Program-made: the position numbers and the translations under genes
Notes under the pieces: generated by a model
Databases searched by the model: none
What the model saw: only the letters and a program-made list of their open reading frames with translations
What the model was told of the DNA's origin: nothing
Assembly: GCF_007352635.1 (NCBI RefSeq)
Contig: NZ_VKLU01000005.1
Span: 699,940 to 763,939, forward strand
DNA: 64,000 nucleotides
DNA from: Corallococcus sp. Z5C101001
Lineage (GTDB): Bacteria > Myxococcota > Myxococcia > Myxococcales > Myxococcaceae
Direction: 5' to 3'
Shown: piece by piece, positions 50,490-57,997 of the stretch
Layout: each line of letters begins with the position of its first letter
Position numbering within the stretch: the stretch's first letter is position 1

Positions 50490-52229
50490 TCAGCCTCCGT
50501 GAACGGTCCAGGGCCCTCCCCCACCCCGAGGGACGGGCCCGGTGTCCACCGGCGCATCGGGCACTCTCCGGAGCGCGGCGCGTCCCCTGCACCCGCCGGA
50601 CGTGAAGCCCCGCGCGCGCTGCAGGCCTGGCAGGTGCGGATCCGCGTCCCGCCACAGGTCCAGCACGGCCTCGAAGTCGCGCGCCGCCTCGGACATGCAC
50701 GAGCAGGCCACATGGGCCTCCGCGACCAGCAGCATGCTGTGGCCACACCCGGGCCGCTCCCCGGCCCGCTCCAGCGCCAGCTCCAGGGCCTTCTCCTCGC
50801 GGCCGAAGCGCAGGCGGATCCGGGCCAACGTTTCACGGGGCGGGCGGCAGAAGAGCGCGGGCCCCACGGGGCGCAGGCGGCGCTCCAGGCGCAGGGCCCG
50901 CGTGAGCGCGGCCTCCGCGCGGCCGGAGTCACCCCGGCGCGCATCCAGCGTGCCTCGAAGCTCCTGCGCGGCGACCTCCACCGTGCGCGCCACGTCGCGG
51001 GGACACAGGGCGCGGCCCTCGGAGCGGGGCGCCTCCGACAGCGCGGGCACCAGCGCATCCAGCATCAGGCACGCACGCTCCACGTCACCCAGCCGCCCCG
51101 TCTCCAGGGCGCAGGCCGCGCGCGCGTACAGGCGCACGGCGTCGCGCAGCCCCTTCTCCGCGACGGTGGCGTTGTCGCCCAGCTCCAGGGGGACCTCCGC
51201 CGCCGCGCGGCAGAAGCCAAAGCGCAGGTGCGCGGCCACCAACGTGGTCGCGGCGAAGAGCACCGCCTGGGGCCGGGAGCCCGCGGCGTCCACCCGCTGG
51301 CGCAGCTTGCGGGCCCAGACCTGCGCGCCGCGGTACTGCCCCACCTCCGCGCAACCCTCGCTCAACAGGCGCAGGGCGGGATCCGCGCTCGGCGCGACAT
51401 CCAAGGGCAGCGACTCACGGGCGACGTAGGCGTCATCCGCCGCGACCGCCGCCTCCAGGCAGCGGTTCGCCTCCAACCCTCGCCCCAGGCGCAGGAGCAG
51501 GCGCCCCGAGGCGAGCAACGCGGGGCTCCCCGCGGGCACGAGCGACGGGAGCAGCTCCGCGCTCTCACGCGCCATCTCCGGCCGGGAGCTGGGCAGCCAG
51601 GCCTGGACCCAGGCCATGTGCACCCCGGCGTGGCGCGGGTGCGCGCGCAGCAGGTCCCGCAGGATGAGCTGCGCGTAGGGTTGTCCCTGGCCAGGGCGCC
51701 CGTCGGATTCGTAGCCGTCCAGGAGGAAGCCCGCGAGCAACAGGCGGGGCTCGGGCTCCTGGGGGAAGCGGTCGGTGAGGCACTCCATCTCGCGCACGAA
51801 GGCCGGTCTGCCATTGGCGGGCCCCTTGTCCGCGAGGAGGCTCGCGGCGACCACCAGCCGCTGCTCCAGGTCGGTGGCGCCCTCCGCCAGGGTGAGCGCC
51901 TTGCGGCTGGCCTCCGCGCGGTCCGGCGTGAAGCGCGCGCCCACGCCCCGGGCGAGCGTGAGCCCCCACCACGCCATGGCGAGAGAAGGATCCTGGCGCG
52001 CGGCCTCCGCGAAGGCGCGGCGGGCCTCCAGCGCCCAGCCCAGGTGCAACAGGCGCAGGCCCTGATTGAAGTACGCCTGCGCCAGGGGGACTCGCGTCGT
52101 CACTGGCAGCTGGGCGTCTCCCAACCCTTCACACAGCGGCGGCGGGGGGAGGGCCTCATCCGGGAGGTCCTCCCACGCGACGTGGGAATGCACGGACGGC
52201 GCATCGGCTCGGAACAGGCGTGCCAGCAT
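50490..52229 (-). CDS. TPR-like repeat hypothetical protein (Ala/Arg/Leu-rich)
   Basis: ATG at 52227-52229 with GGAGGA RBS and coupling to upstream gene stop; repeated helical AxxA/LxxA patterns; no catalytic motif. Confidence 0.45.
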   Translation of the reverse strand: MLARLFRADAPSVHSHVAWEDLPDEALPPPPLCEGLGDAQLPVTTRVPLAQAYFNQGLRLLHLGWALEARRAFAEAARQDPSLAMAWWGLTLARGVGARFTPDRAEASRKALTLAEGATDLEQRLVVAASLLADKGPANGRPAFVREMECLTDRFPQEPEPRLLLAGFLLDGYESDGRPGQGQPYAQLILRDLLRAHPRHAGVHMAWVQAWLPSSRPEMARESAELLPSLVPAGSPALLASGRLLLRLGRGLEANRCLEAAVAADDAYVARESLPLDVAPSADPALRLLSEGCAEVGQYRGAQVWARKLRQRVDAAGSRPQAVLFAATTLVAAHLRFGFCRAAAEVPLELGDNATVAEKGLRDAVRLYARAACALETGRLGDVERACLMLDALVPALSEAPRSEGRALCPRDVARTVEVAAQELRGTLDARRGDSGRAEAALTRALRLERRLRPVGPALFCRPPRETLARIRLRFGREEKALELALERAGERPGCGHSMLLVAEAHVACSCMSEAARDFEAVLDLWRDADPHLPGLQRARGFTSGGCRGRAALRRVPDAPVDTGPVPRGGGGPWTVHGG

Positions 52230-52239
52230 GATGTCCTCC

Positions 52240-52863
52240 TCACGCTCCGGTCATCGGAGCGGCGTGGTGTTGCACTCCGGCGTCGGTCGCGCGTACGCGC
52301 GCGGCCATCCGCTTCCAGGCGTTCGACAACTCCTCCGCGGGAATGGGTGAGGCCTTGCGACGCGCCGCCAGGCACTCGCGCCGCCAGGCCAGGCCCACGT
52401 CGCGGGCCACCCACGCCTCGTACTCCGCGAGCCAGTCCGCCAGCAGCGCGAGCCCCGCCCGCGCCGCCCGGCGCTCCGCCCCGGAGGCCGCGTCCCGCCG
52501 AGGGCCCACGTCCTCCGCGCGGAACGCCGTGCCGCATGCCCCCTCCACCCACCGGGGCACGAAGCCATCGCGCGGCACGAAGATGGCGGCGCCGCACGTG
52601 TCGCACAGCGCGCCGAACCCCCACAGCGTGAGGCGCCCGCCGTCCGCGAGCCGTCCCTGGTAGGCGCTCTGCCCCTCCACGCCCGGAGGCCGGGGTTCGC
52701 GGACCAGGCCGTGACGGAGCAGCACGTTGCCGTCCGGACAGCGCACGTCCTGCCCCAGACACCACATGGCCACGTCGAACAGACGGTCGCCGTCGCGGCG
52801 AACGTCGCAGGGGAGCAGGGAACCATCACCGCCAGGGAAGACCTTGGACATGGGGCGCCTCAC
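52240..52863 (-). CDS. Cys-rich hypothetical protein (CPDGNV...CDTCG...GACGT)
   Basis: ORF ending 11 nt before the TPR gene start; RBS for downstream gene embedded in its 3' end; no homolog recognised. Confidence 0.4.
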   Translation of the reverse strand: MRRPMSKVFPGGDGSLLPCDVRRDGDRLFDVAMWCLGQDVRCPDGNVLLRHGLVREPRPPGVEGQSAYQGRLADGGRLTLWGFGALCDTCGAAIFVPRDGFVPRWVEGACGTAFRAEDVGPRRDAASGAERRAARAGLALLADWLAEYEAWVARDVGLAWRRECLAARRKASPIPAEELSNAWKRMAARVRATDAGVQHHAAPMTGA

Positions 52864-52874
52864 GGAAGGCCTCG

Positions 52875-53303
52875 CTAGGAAGCGGTCTTCTTCGCGGTGG
52901 GGCCCACGCGCGCGGCCACGTCGCCGAAGAGCGCCCGGGCATCCACGGCCGCGGCGCCGCTCTTCGCGAGCAGCGCGTTGACGGCGCGCACCAGCTTGGC
53001 GCGCACGCGAGGGGACAGCGGCTTGTCCTCGCGCGCGGCGGCGAGTTGCTGCGCGCTCAGCCCCCGGCCGCTGCGCGGCTTGCCCAACCCCAGCTCCGCG
53101 TACGACTTCTGCTGCGGCTCCTTGTCTCGGCGGCGCGTGGAGCGCTTGCGCTCGAGGACGCGGTCCTCCGACGTCTGGGCTTCGAGCTGCGCCGAGCGAC
53201 GCAGCAAGAGCGCCGGGGAGATCTTCTGGTGTTCGAGGAACTGCTGGAAGGTACCCATGGGGGGCTCCGTGAGGAGAGGGGCGGAAGGGGTCGGGCTACT
53301 CAT
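52875..53303 (-). CDS. Small basic hypothetical protein
   Basis: ORF overlapping the lipoprotein gene end by 8 nt; Arg/Lys-rich; start uncertain (53303 or internal MGTFQQF). Confidence 0.3.
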   Translation of the reverse strand: MSSPTPSAPLLTEPPMGTFQQFLEHQKISPALLLRRSAQLEAQTSEDRVLERKRSTRRRDKEPQQKSYAELGLGKPRSGRGLSAQQLAAAREDKPLSPRVRAKLVRAVNALLAKSGAAAVDARALFGDVAARVGPTAKKTAS

Positions 53304-53790
53304 GGGCGTGGTCGTGAGCGCCCGACTCCTCGATGACGAGCGACACCGAGGAGAGGGTCGAGGGGCCGAAGGTGAGCGTGTGCGTGCCCACCTTGAGGGG
53401 CACGACGTGACGGCCTTGGATGTCCGAGCAGAGCGCGGAGCTGTTCGTGCTCTCCTCGAACTCCACCGGCGCGCCGCTGCCGTTGGTGACCTTCACCGGC
53501 ACCGGGGCGCTGGTGAAGAGGACGTAGTCGGTGGCCTCGGCGACGGCGAAGGACACCGTGCCGCCCTTGCCTCCCGCGACGTCCACGAGCGCGATGTCGT
53601 AGCGCGTGTGGTTGTTGCTCACGGACGGGCCCTGGCCCGAGGCCGCCGCGGTGACGTTGACCGCCGGGCCCTTCTGGAGGTGCTCGCAGCCCTCCTCGTC
53701 GACGGAGCCTTCGTCTTCGGCGTCGGAACCACAACCCACGGCGAGGAGCGCGGTGGACAGCAACAGGGCGGACAGCAGCTTCTTCTTCAT
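53296..53790 (-). CDS. Lipoprotein with His-rich C-terminus (HDHAHE)
   Basis: MKKKLLSALLLSTALLAVGCGSD lipobox; ATG at 53788-53790; C-terminal His cluster suggests metal binding. Confidence 0.55.
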   Translation of the reverse strand: MKKKLLSALLLSTALLAVGCGSDAEDEGSVDEEGCEHLQKGPAVNVTAAASGQGPSVSNNHTRYDIALVDVAGGKGGTVSFAVAEATDYVLFTSAPVPVKVTNGSGAPVEFEESTNSSALCSDIQGRHVVPLKVGTHTLTFGPSTLSSVSLVIEESGAHDHAHE

Positions 53791-54067
53791 GATGGGAACT
53801 CCATGGACAAGGGATGGACTGCGGGAACTCCAGCCTCCGTGGGCGCACGGCGCACACCTCCCCGACAGGGAGGGTCCGCGAGGAACCGGACGGGACTGGA
53901 AGGCGGAGCCGCGAGGCGAAGCGCGCGAGGGTGCGTGGCCCGAGGCCTCCGCGTGCGCCCTCTCCGTCAGTGGACGGGAACGCGCACGCCGAAGCCACCG
54001 GAGGCCACGACACCTCCCGCCCCGTGGAGACACGCCGGGCGGAGACGACGGGCTTCGACGGCGGAGA

Positions 54068-54514
54068 TCAGGTGCGCGGCGGTGATGACTTGGGCGCGAG
54101 TCTCAGCAGCGCGACGGGGGCCGCGTGGAAGCGGAACACCGCCAGCGCGGGGCTGGAGCGCGTGGAGACGGCGGCCACGACGGGCGCCGACCCGGCCGGA
54201 GGCGGGGCCTCGCGGCGGAAGAAGGCGTGGTGGCAGTGAGCCTCCGCACCATGGGGCGAAGCCTTCGCCACCGGCGCCCGCGCCACGCGCGCGTCGTCGA
54301 AGGAGACCTCCTCCTCCGGCGGGCCTTCGGACGCCGAGGCCTCGCTCACGTGCATCACGTCCCCGTGCTCCAGGCACGTCGTGTGCTGCACGAGCGCGAA
54401 GTGGAGCACGCTGCCCACGTACACCAGCACGCACACGAGCACCCACGGCAGCGCCAGCAGGCGCGACGGGGAGCGACTCGCATGGGTCGGGCGTTGAAGG
54501 CGGCTCACGTCCAC
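54068..54514 (-). CDS. Small membrane-anchored hypothetical protein with His/Cys motifs (LHFALVQHTTCLEHGDVMH; HCHH), paralog of 44488..44907
   Basis: TM helix LLALPWVLVCVLVYVGSV; conserved C-terminal tail APVALLRLAPKSSPP. Confidence 0.45.
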   Translation of the reverse strand: MDVSRLQRPTHASRSPSRLLALPWVLVCVLVYVGSVLHFALVQHTTCLEHGDVMHVSEASASEGPPEEEVSFDDARVARAPVAKASPHGAEAHCHHAFFRREAPPPAGSAPVVAAVSTRSSPALAVFRFHAAPVALLRLAPKSSPPRT

Positions 54515-54736
54515 TCAATCTCGAAAAAGCAACTGAGTTGTTTTAAGCGACCTCCCCGTCCGGGCGCAAGCGAGGACCCGGCACCGGGCGATGGGGCCCG
54601 AAGCCCGGAGTGGCGGGCGCCGCGCCCGTCCGCCTGGACGCTCCTCGGACGGGACGCGGCGGGGGACCGCCTGGGGAAGCGCCCGGCGAAGCGCGGGTTG
54701 TGGACCCACGAGCCCCAGGGGTCGTAGGTTCCGCGC

Positions 54737-56206
54737 GTGCACGAGCTCATGGATGTCCTGCGCAGGCAGGCACACTATTTTGGACCGGAGCTGGCGAAGA
54801 CCGCCTACCAGCGCGGCCTCGCGGTGACGAAGCCGGATGGCAGCACCCAGCCCATCCCCATCACCGCCACGCCCGTCATCCTGGACGCGGCGGAGATCCA
54901 ACGCCGCGCCCTCCTGTCCGCGAAGCTGGCCTCCGCCACGCTGAAGATGGCCCGCGCGGTGCTGGGCGGACCCGACGCCCACACGCTCCTGGGCAGCCTG
55001 TCGCCGCTGGAGCGCGCCCTGGCCGAGCGCACGTGGGAGGCGAGCCGCAAGCTCGTCACGACGCGCGTGGACTACTTCGTGTCCGGCGGCCAGCCGTGGG
55101 CGCTGGAGGTCAACGCCACCATCCCGGCCATGCAGGGCTATTCGGACATCGCGGCGCGCACCTTCATCGAGGTCGTGGCGCGGCACCTGCGCTACCCGGA
55201 AAAGGGGCTCGCGGCGCTGCTCACGCTCAACGGCAACAACGCGCTGGCGCTCTACCGCGCGCTCCTGGACGGCTACGCGGCCGAGCGCGACGGGAAGATG
55301 CCGGACACGGTGGCGCTGCTGTGCCGCAAGAACGACGCGCAGGTGACGGAGCTGCGCTGGCTGTGCGAACGCTTCCGCGAGTTCGGCGCGGACGCGGACA
55401 TCGTGCACCCGGAGGACGTGTCCGGGGAGGACGCCTTCACGGCGAACAGCAAGAAGTACGACCTCGTCTACCGCCACCTGTTCGTGCGCCGTCTGGAGCA
55501 GTCCCCCGCTCCGTGGATGGAGGACTTCCTGGGCACGGTCCCCGGGAAGAAGGCCGTGTTCCTCAACCCGCCCGCCTCGCAGGTGGAGGTGAAGACGACG
55601 TTCGCGCTGCTGTCGCAGGCGGTGACGGACGCCGCGCTCGCCGAGCGCGCGGGCCTCACGCCGGAGGAGCTGGAGGCGGTGCGCGCGGCGGTGCCGTGGA
55701 CGCGCCCCTTCCGCCACGGACCCGGCGTGGGTCCCGACGGCGCGCGCGTGGACGACATCGTGGCGCGCGTGGCCCAGGAGCCCGCGCGCTTCGTGCTCAA
55801 GCGCGCCTGGGACTACGGCGGCAAGGCGGTGTTCCTGGGCCGCTCGGTGGGCACGGTGCCCTACGAGGAGCGCGTCAAGGGCGCCTACGGTGAATCCAAG
55901 ACGTGGGCCCAGCTGTGCGAGCACGCCGCCACGGACCCCCAGGGTGGCGGCTTCGTCGTCCAGGAGGTGGTGGACACGCAGCCGGAGGATCACCTGCTGT
56001 GCGGGCAGAACAGCGTGCTCCCCACGTCGTTCTTCGTGGACTACTCGGCCTATGCGTCCGTGGGGCTGGCGAAGCAGCCCGCGTGGGGCGGGGTGTGCCG
56101 TGGGTCCATGTCGGAGATCGTCAACATCGTGGGCGGCGGAGGCGTGCTGCCCCTCATCACGACGGAAGTCGCCTCGAAGCTTTTGCTGGCCTGGAAGGCG
56201 CTTTAA
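54737..56206 (+). CDS. ATP-grasp superfamily protein (circularly permuted / glutathionylspermidine-synthase-like), putative
   Basis: ATP-grasp-like stretches VDYFVSGGQPWALEVNATIP and FVLKRAWDYGGKAVFLG; size about 489 aa typical of the circularly permuted ATP-grasp type 2 family; assignment tentative. Confidence 0.5.
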   Translation: MHELMDVLRRQAHYFGPELAKTAYQRGLAVTKPDGSTQPIPITATPVILDAAEIQRRALLSAKLASATLKMARAVLGGPDAHTLLGSLSPLERALAERTWEASRKLVTTRVDYFVSGGQPWALEVNATIPAMQGYSDIAARTFIEVVARHLRYPEKGLAALLTLNGNNALALYRALLDGYAAERDGKMPDTVALLCRKNDAQVTELRWLCERFREFGADADIVHPEDVSGEDAFTANSKKYDLVYRHLFVRRLEQSPAPWMEDFLGTVPGKKAVFLNPPASQVEVKTTFALLSQAVTDAALAERAGLTPEELEAVRAAVPWTRPFRHGPGVGPDGARVDDIVARVAQEPARFVLKRAWDYGGKAVFLGRSVGTVPYEERVKGAYGESKTWAQLCEHAATDPQGGGFVVQEVVDTQPEDHLLCGQNSVLPTSFFVDYSAYASVGLAKQPAWGGVCRGSMSEIVNIVGGGGVLPLITTEVASKLLLAWKAL

Positions 56207-56278
56207 AGCGTCCTCCAGGGGTCCTCGTTAGACAGAGGCCGGGGCTCGGTGGGCCCGGTCCGAAAGGAAACGAAACAC

Positions 56279-56992
56279 ATGGCGTGGGAATCTTCGGGTG
56301 GGTGGCAGAGCGGCCGGGAGGCCGAGGTGGACTCGGTCCTGGTGCAGGAGTCGCAGCGCGCGTTCATGTCGCGCGTGCACGGCTGGATGTTCGCCGGCCT
56401 GGCGCTGACGGGCGTGATGGCGCTGCTGACGGTGACCAACCAGGCGCTGCTCCAGATCGCGTTGGAGTACCGGATGGGCCTCATCCTGGCGGAGCTGGGC
56501 CTGGTGATGGCGCTGTCGTTCCTGGCGCCCCGGCTGTCCGGCCCGGTGGCCGCGATGATGTTCCTGGGCTACTCGGCGATGAACGGCGTGACGCTGTCGG
56601 TGCTCTTCCTCATCTACACGGCGGGCTCGCTCGCCCAGGTGTTCTTCATCACGTCCGCGGTGTACGGCGCGATGGCCGTCTACGGCACCGTCACCAAGAA
56701 GGACCTGAGCGGCTGGGGCACGTTCCTCTTCATGGGCCTCATCGGCATCCTCGTCGCGGGCCTGGTGAACCTGTTCATCCGCAGCGACGCCGTGTCGTTC
56801 GTGACCGCCTGCGCGGGCGTGCTCGTGTTCGCCGGCCTCACCGCCTACGACACGCAGAAGCTGCGCGAGTACCACGCGGGCACCGGCTACCAGAGCACGG
56901 CGGCGGTGAGCATCGTGGGCGCGCTCACCCTCTACCTGGACTTCATCAACCTGTTCCTGTCGCTCGTGCGCCTGCTGGGCAAGCGCCGCTAA
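56279..56992 (+). CDS. Bax-inhibitor-1/YccA (TMBIM) family membrane protein
   Basis: 7-TM pattern with conserved C-terminal region (AGLTAYDTQKLRE..., LYLDFINLFLSLVRLLG); start at MAWESSGG. Confidence 0.8.
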   Translation: MAWESSGGWQSGREAEVDSVLVQESQRAFMSRVHGWMFAGLALTGVMALLTVTNQALLQIALEYRMGLILAELGLVMALSFLAPRLSGPVAAMMFLGYSAMNGVTLSVLFLIYTAGSLAQVFFITSAVYGAMAVYGTVTKKDLSGWGTFLFMGLIGILVAGLVNLFIRSDAVSFVTACAGVLVFAGLTAYDTQKLREYHAGTGYQSTAAVSIVGALTLYLDFINLFLSLVRLLGKRR

Positions 56993-57046
56993 GTCACGGG
57001 CTCCAGGCTTCCCGAGGCGGGGCGCGAGGTGGCTCGAGAGCCGCCT

Positions 57047-57382
57047 TCAGCGCTCCGCCTTCTTGTTGAAGGGCATCAACAGCCGCTCCACGGGGCGGCC
57101 CTGCACCAGGTGCTCCTCGACGATGGTGGGCACGTCCTCCACCTTCACGCCGCCGTACCAGGTGCCCTCCGGGTAGACGACCACGGAGACGCCGAACGCG
57201 CAGGTGTCCACGCAGCCCGCCGCGTTGGCGCGCATCGTGCGCTTGAGCCCGCGCTTGTCGAGCTCCTCCTTGAAGGCCGCCCGGACCTCCTCTCCCCCCT
57301 TGGAGGCGCAGCACCCCTTCGGGTTCCCCTCCGGGCGACGGTTGGTGCAGACGAAGACATGGCGTTCAAAGGGAGGCGGCAT
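57047..57382 (-). CDS. Thioredoxin-like [2Fe-2S] ferredoxin
   Basis: HVFVCTNRRPEGNPKGCCA and GCVDTCAFG Cys ligands; 111 aa. Confidence 0.8.
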   Translation of the reverse strand: MPPPFERHVFVCTNRRPEGNPKGCCASKGGEEVRAAFKEELDKRGLKRTMRANAAGCVDTCAFGVSVVVYPEGTWYGGVKVEDVPTIVEEHLVQGRPVERLLMPFNKKAER

Positions 57383-57711
57383 GGTTCGCCTCCTAACGCG
57401 CCCGACCGTCGAAATCGATGCCCCCGTTCAGCGCCCGAGCCGTCAGGCCCCCTCCGCCCGGGCCCCCAGCCGCGCGAGCCAGGGAGTCCCCCTCCGCCCG
57501 GTGCACGGACTGACAGCAAACATCCGCGAGTGATCACGAGCGCTTGGCGTCCCCCTCTGGCGGTCCCCGTGGCGATGCAGGGTCATGACCCTACATCGCC
57601 AGCCACGGCAGCCGTTGCCACCTGGGAACCGGGTTCCTAGATCAGCCTTGGGTCAGGATCACACCCACTGCGCAGGAGAGCAGCGCCTCAGGGTCTTTCC
57701 AGTCCAAAGGC

Positions 57712-57727
57712 ACACAAAATGAAGTGT
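57712..57727. promoter_or_regulatory. NrdR box 1 (ACACAAAATGAAGTGT)
   Basis: Match to 16-bp NrdR palindrome consensus acaCwAtATaTwGtgt, about 270 bp upstream of nrdJ. Confidence 0.6.
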
Positions 57728-57742
57728 GTACGTTGAAACCGG

Positions 57743-57758
57743 ACACTAGATATAGGGG
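57743..57758. promoter_or_regulatory. NrdR box 2 (ACACTAGATATAGGGG), 31 bp downstream of box 1 start
   Basis: Consensus-like core TAGATATA with ACAC left arm; 31-bp (three helical turn) spacing typical of tandem NrdR boxes. Confidence 0.5.
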
Positions 57759-57770
57759 AGTCGGGGGATA

Positions 57771-57799
57771 TTGACGGCCCCCCCCGGCGATCATATGGA
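57771..57799 (+). promoter_or_regulatory. Putative nrdJ promoter (TTGACG-N17-TATGGA) just downstream of NrdR boxes; implies about 190-nt 5' leader
   Basis: Hexamers read directly; position relative to NrdR boxes. Confidence 0.3.
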
Positions 57800-57997
57800 T
57801 CCGCCCGCCCGGCGGGTGGGCAGTCAGGCCCGGGCCCGGATTCCAGGGATGCGTCCACTGGTTTCCGCCCGCCCCGAACCATCCCAGCGCCGCCTTTCCT
57901 GTGTCCACGCGTGAGCAACGGATCCCTGGGATCTCGCGGCGTTGGCGTTTCCGCAAACTTTGCATCAGCACTCTCAGTGAATCTGGAGGTGGGCCTC

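Noticed and set aside
57383-57997. Possible cobalamin riboswitch in the long nrdJ leader (GCCACCTGGGAACCGG, GGTCAGGATCA, AGTCAGGCCCGGG fragments)
   Set aside because: Only partial resemblance to the B12 box was found, and the multi-stem architecture could not be reconstructed. Biologically, B12 riboswitches repress B12-independent RNRs, not B12-dependent NrdJ. NrdR boxes explain the regulation of this region.
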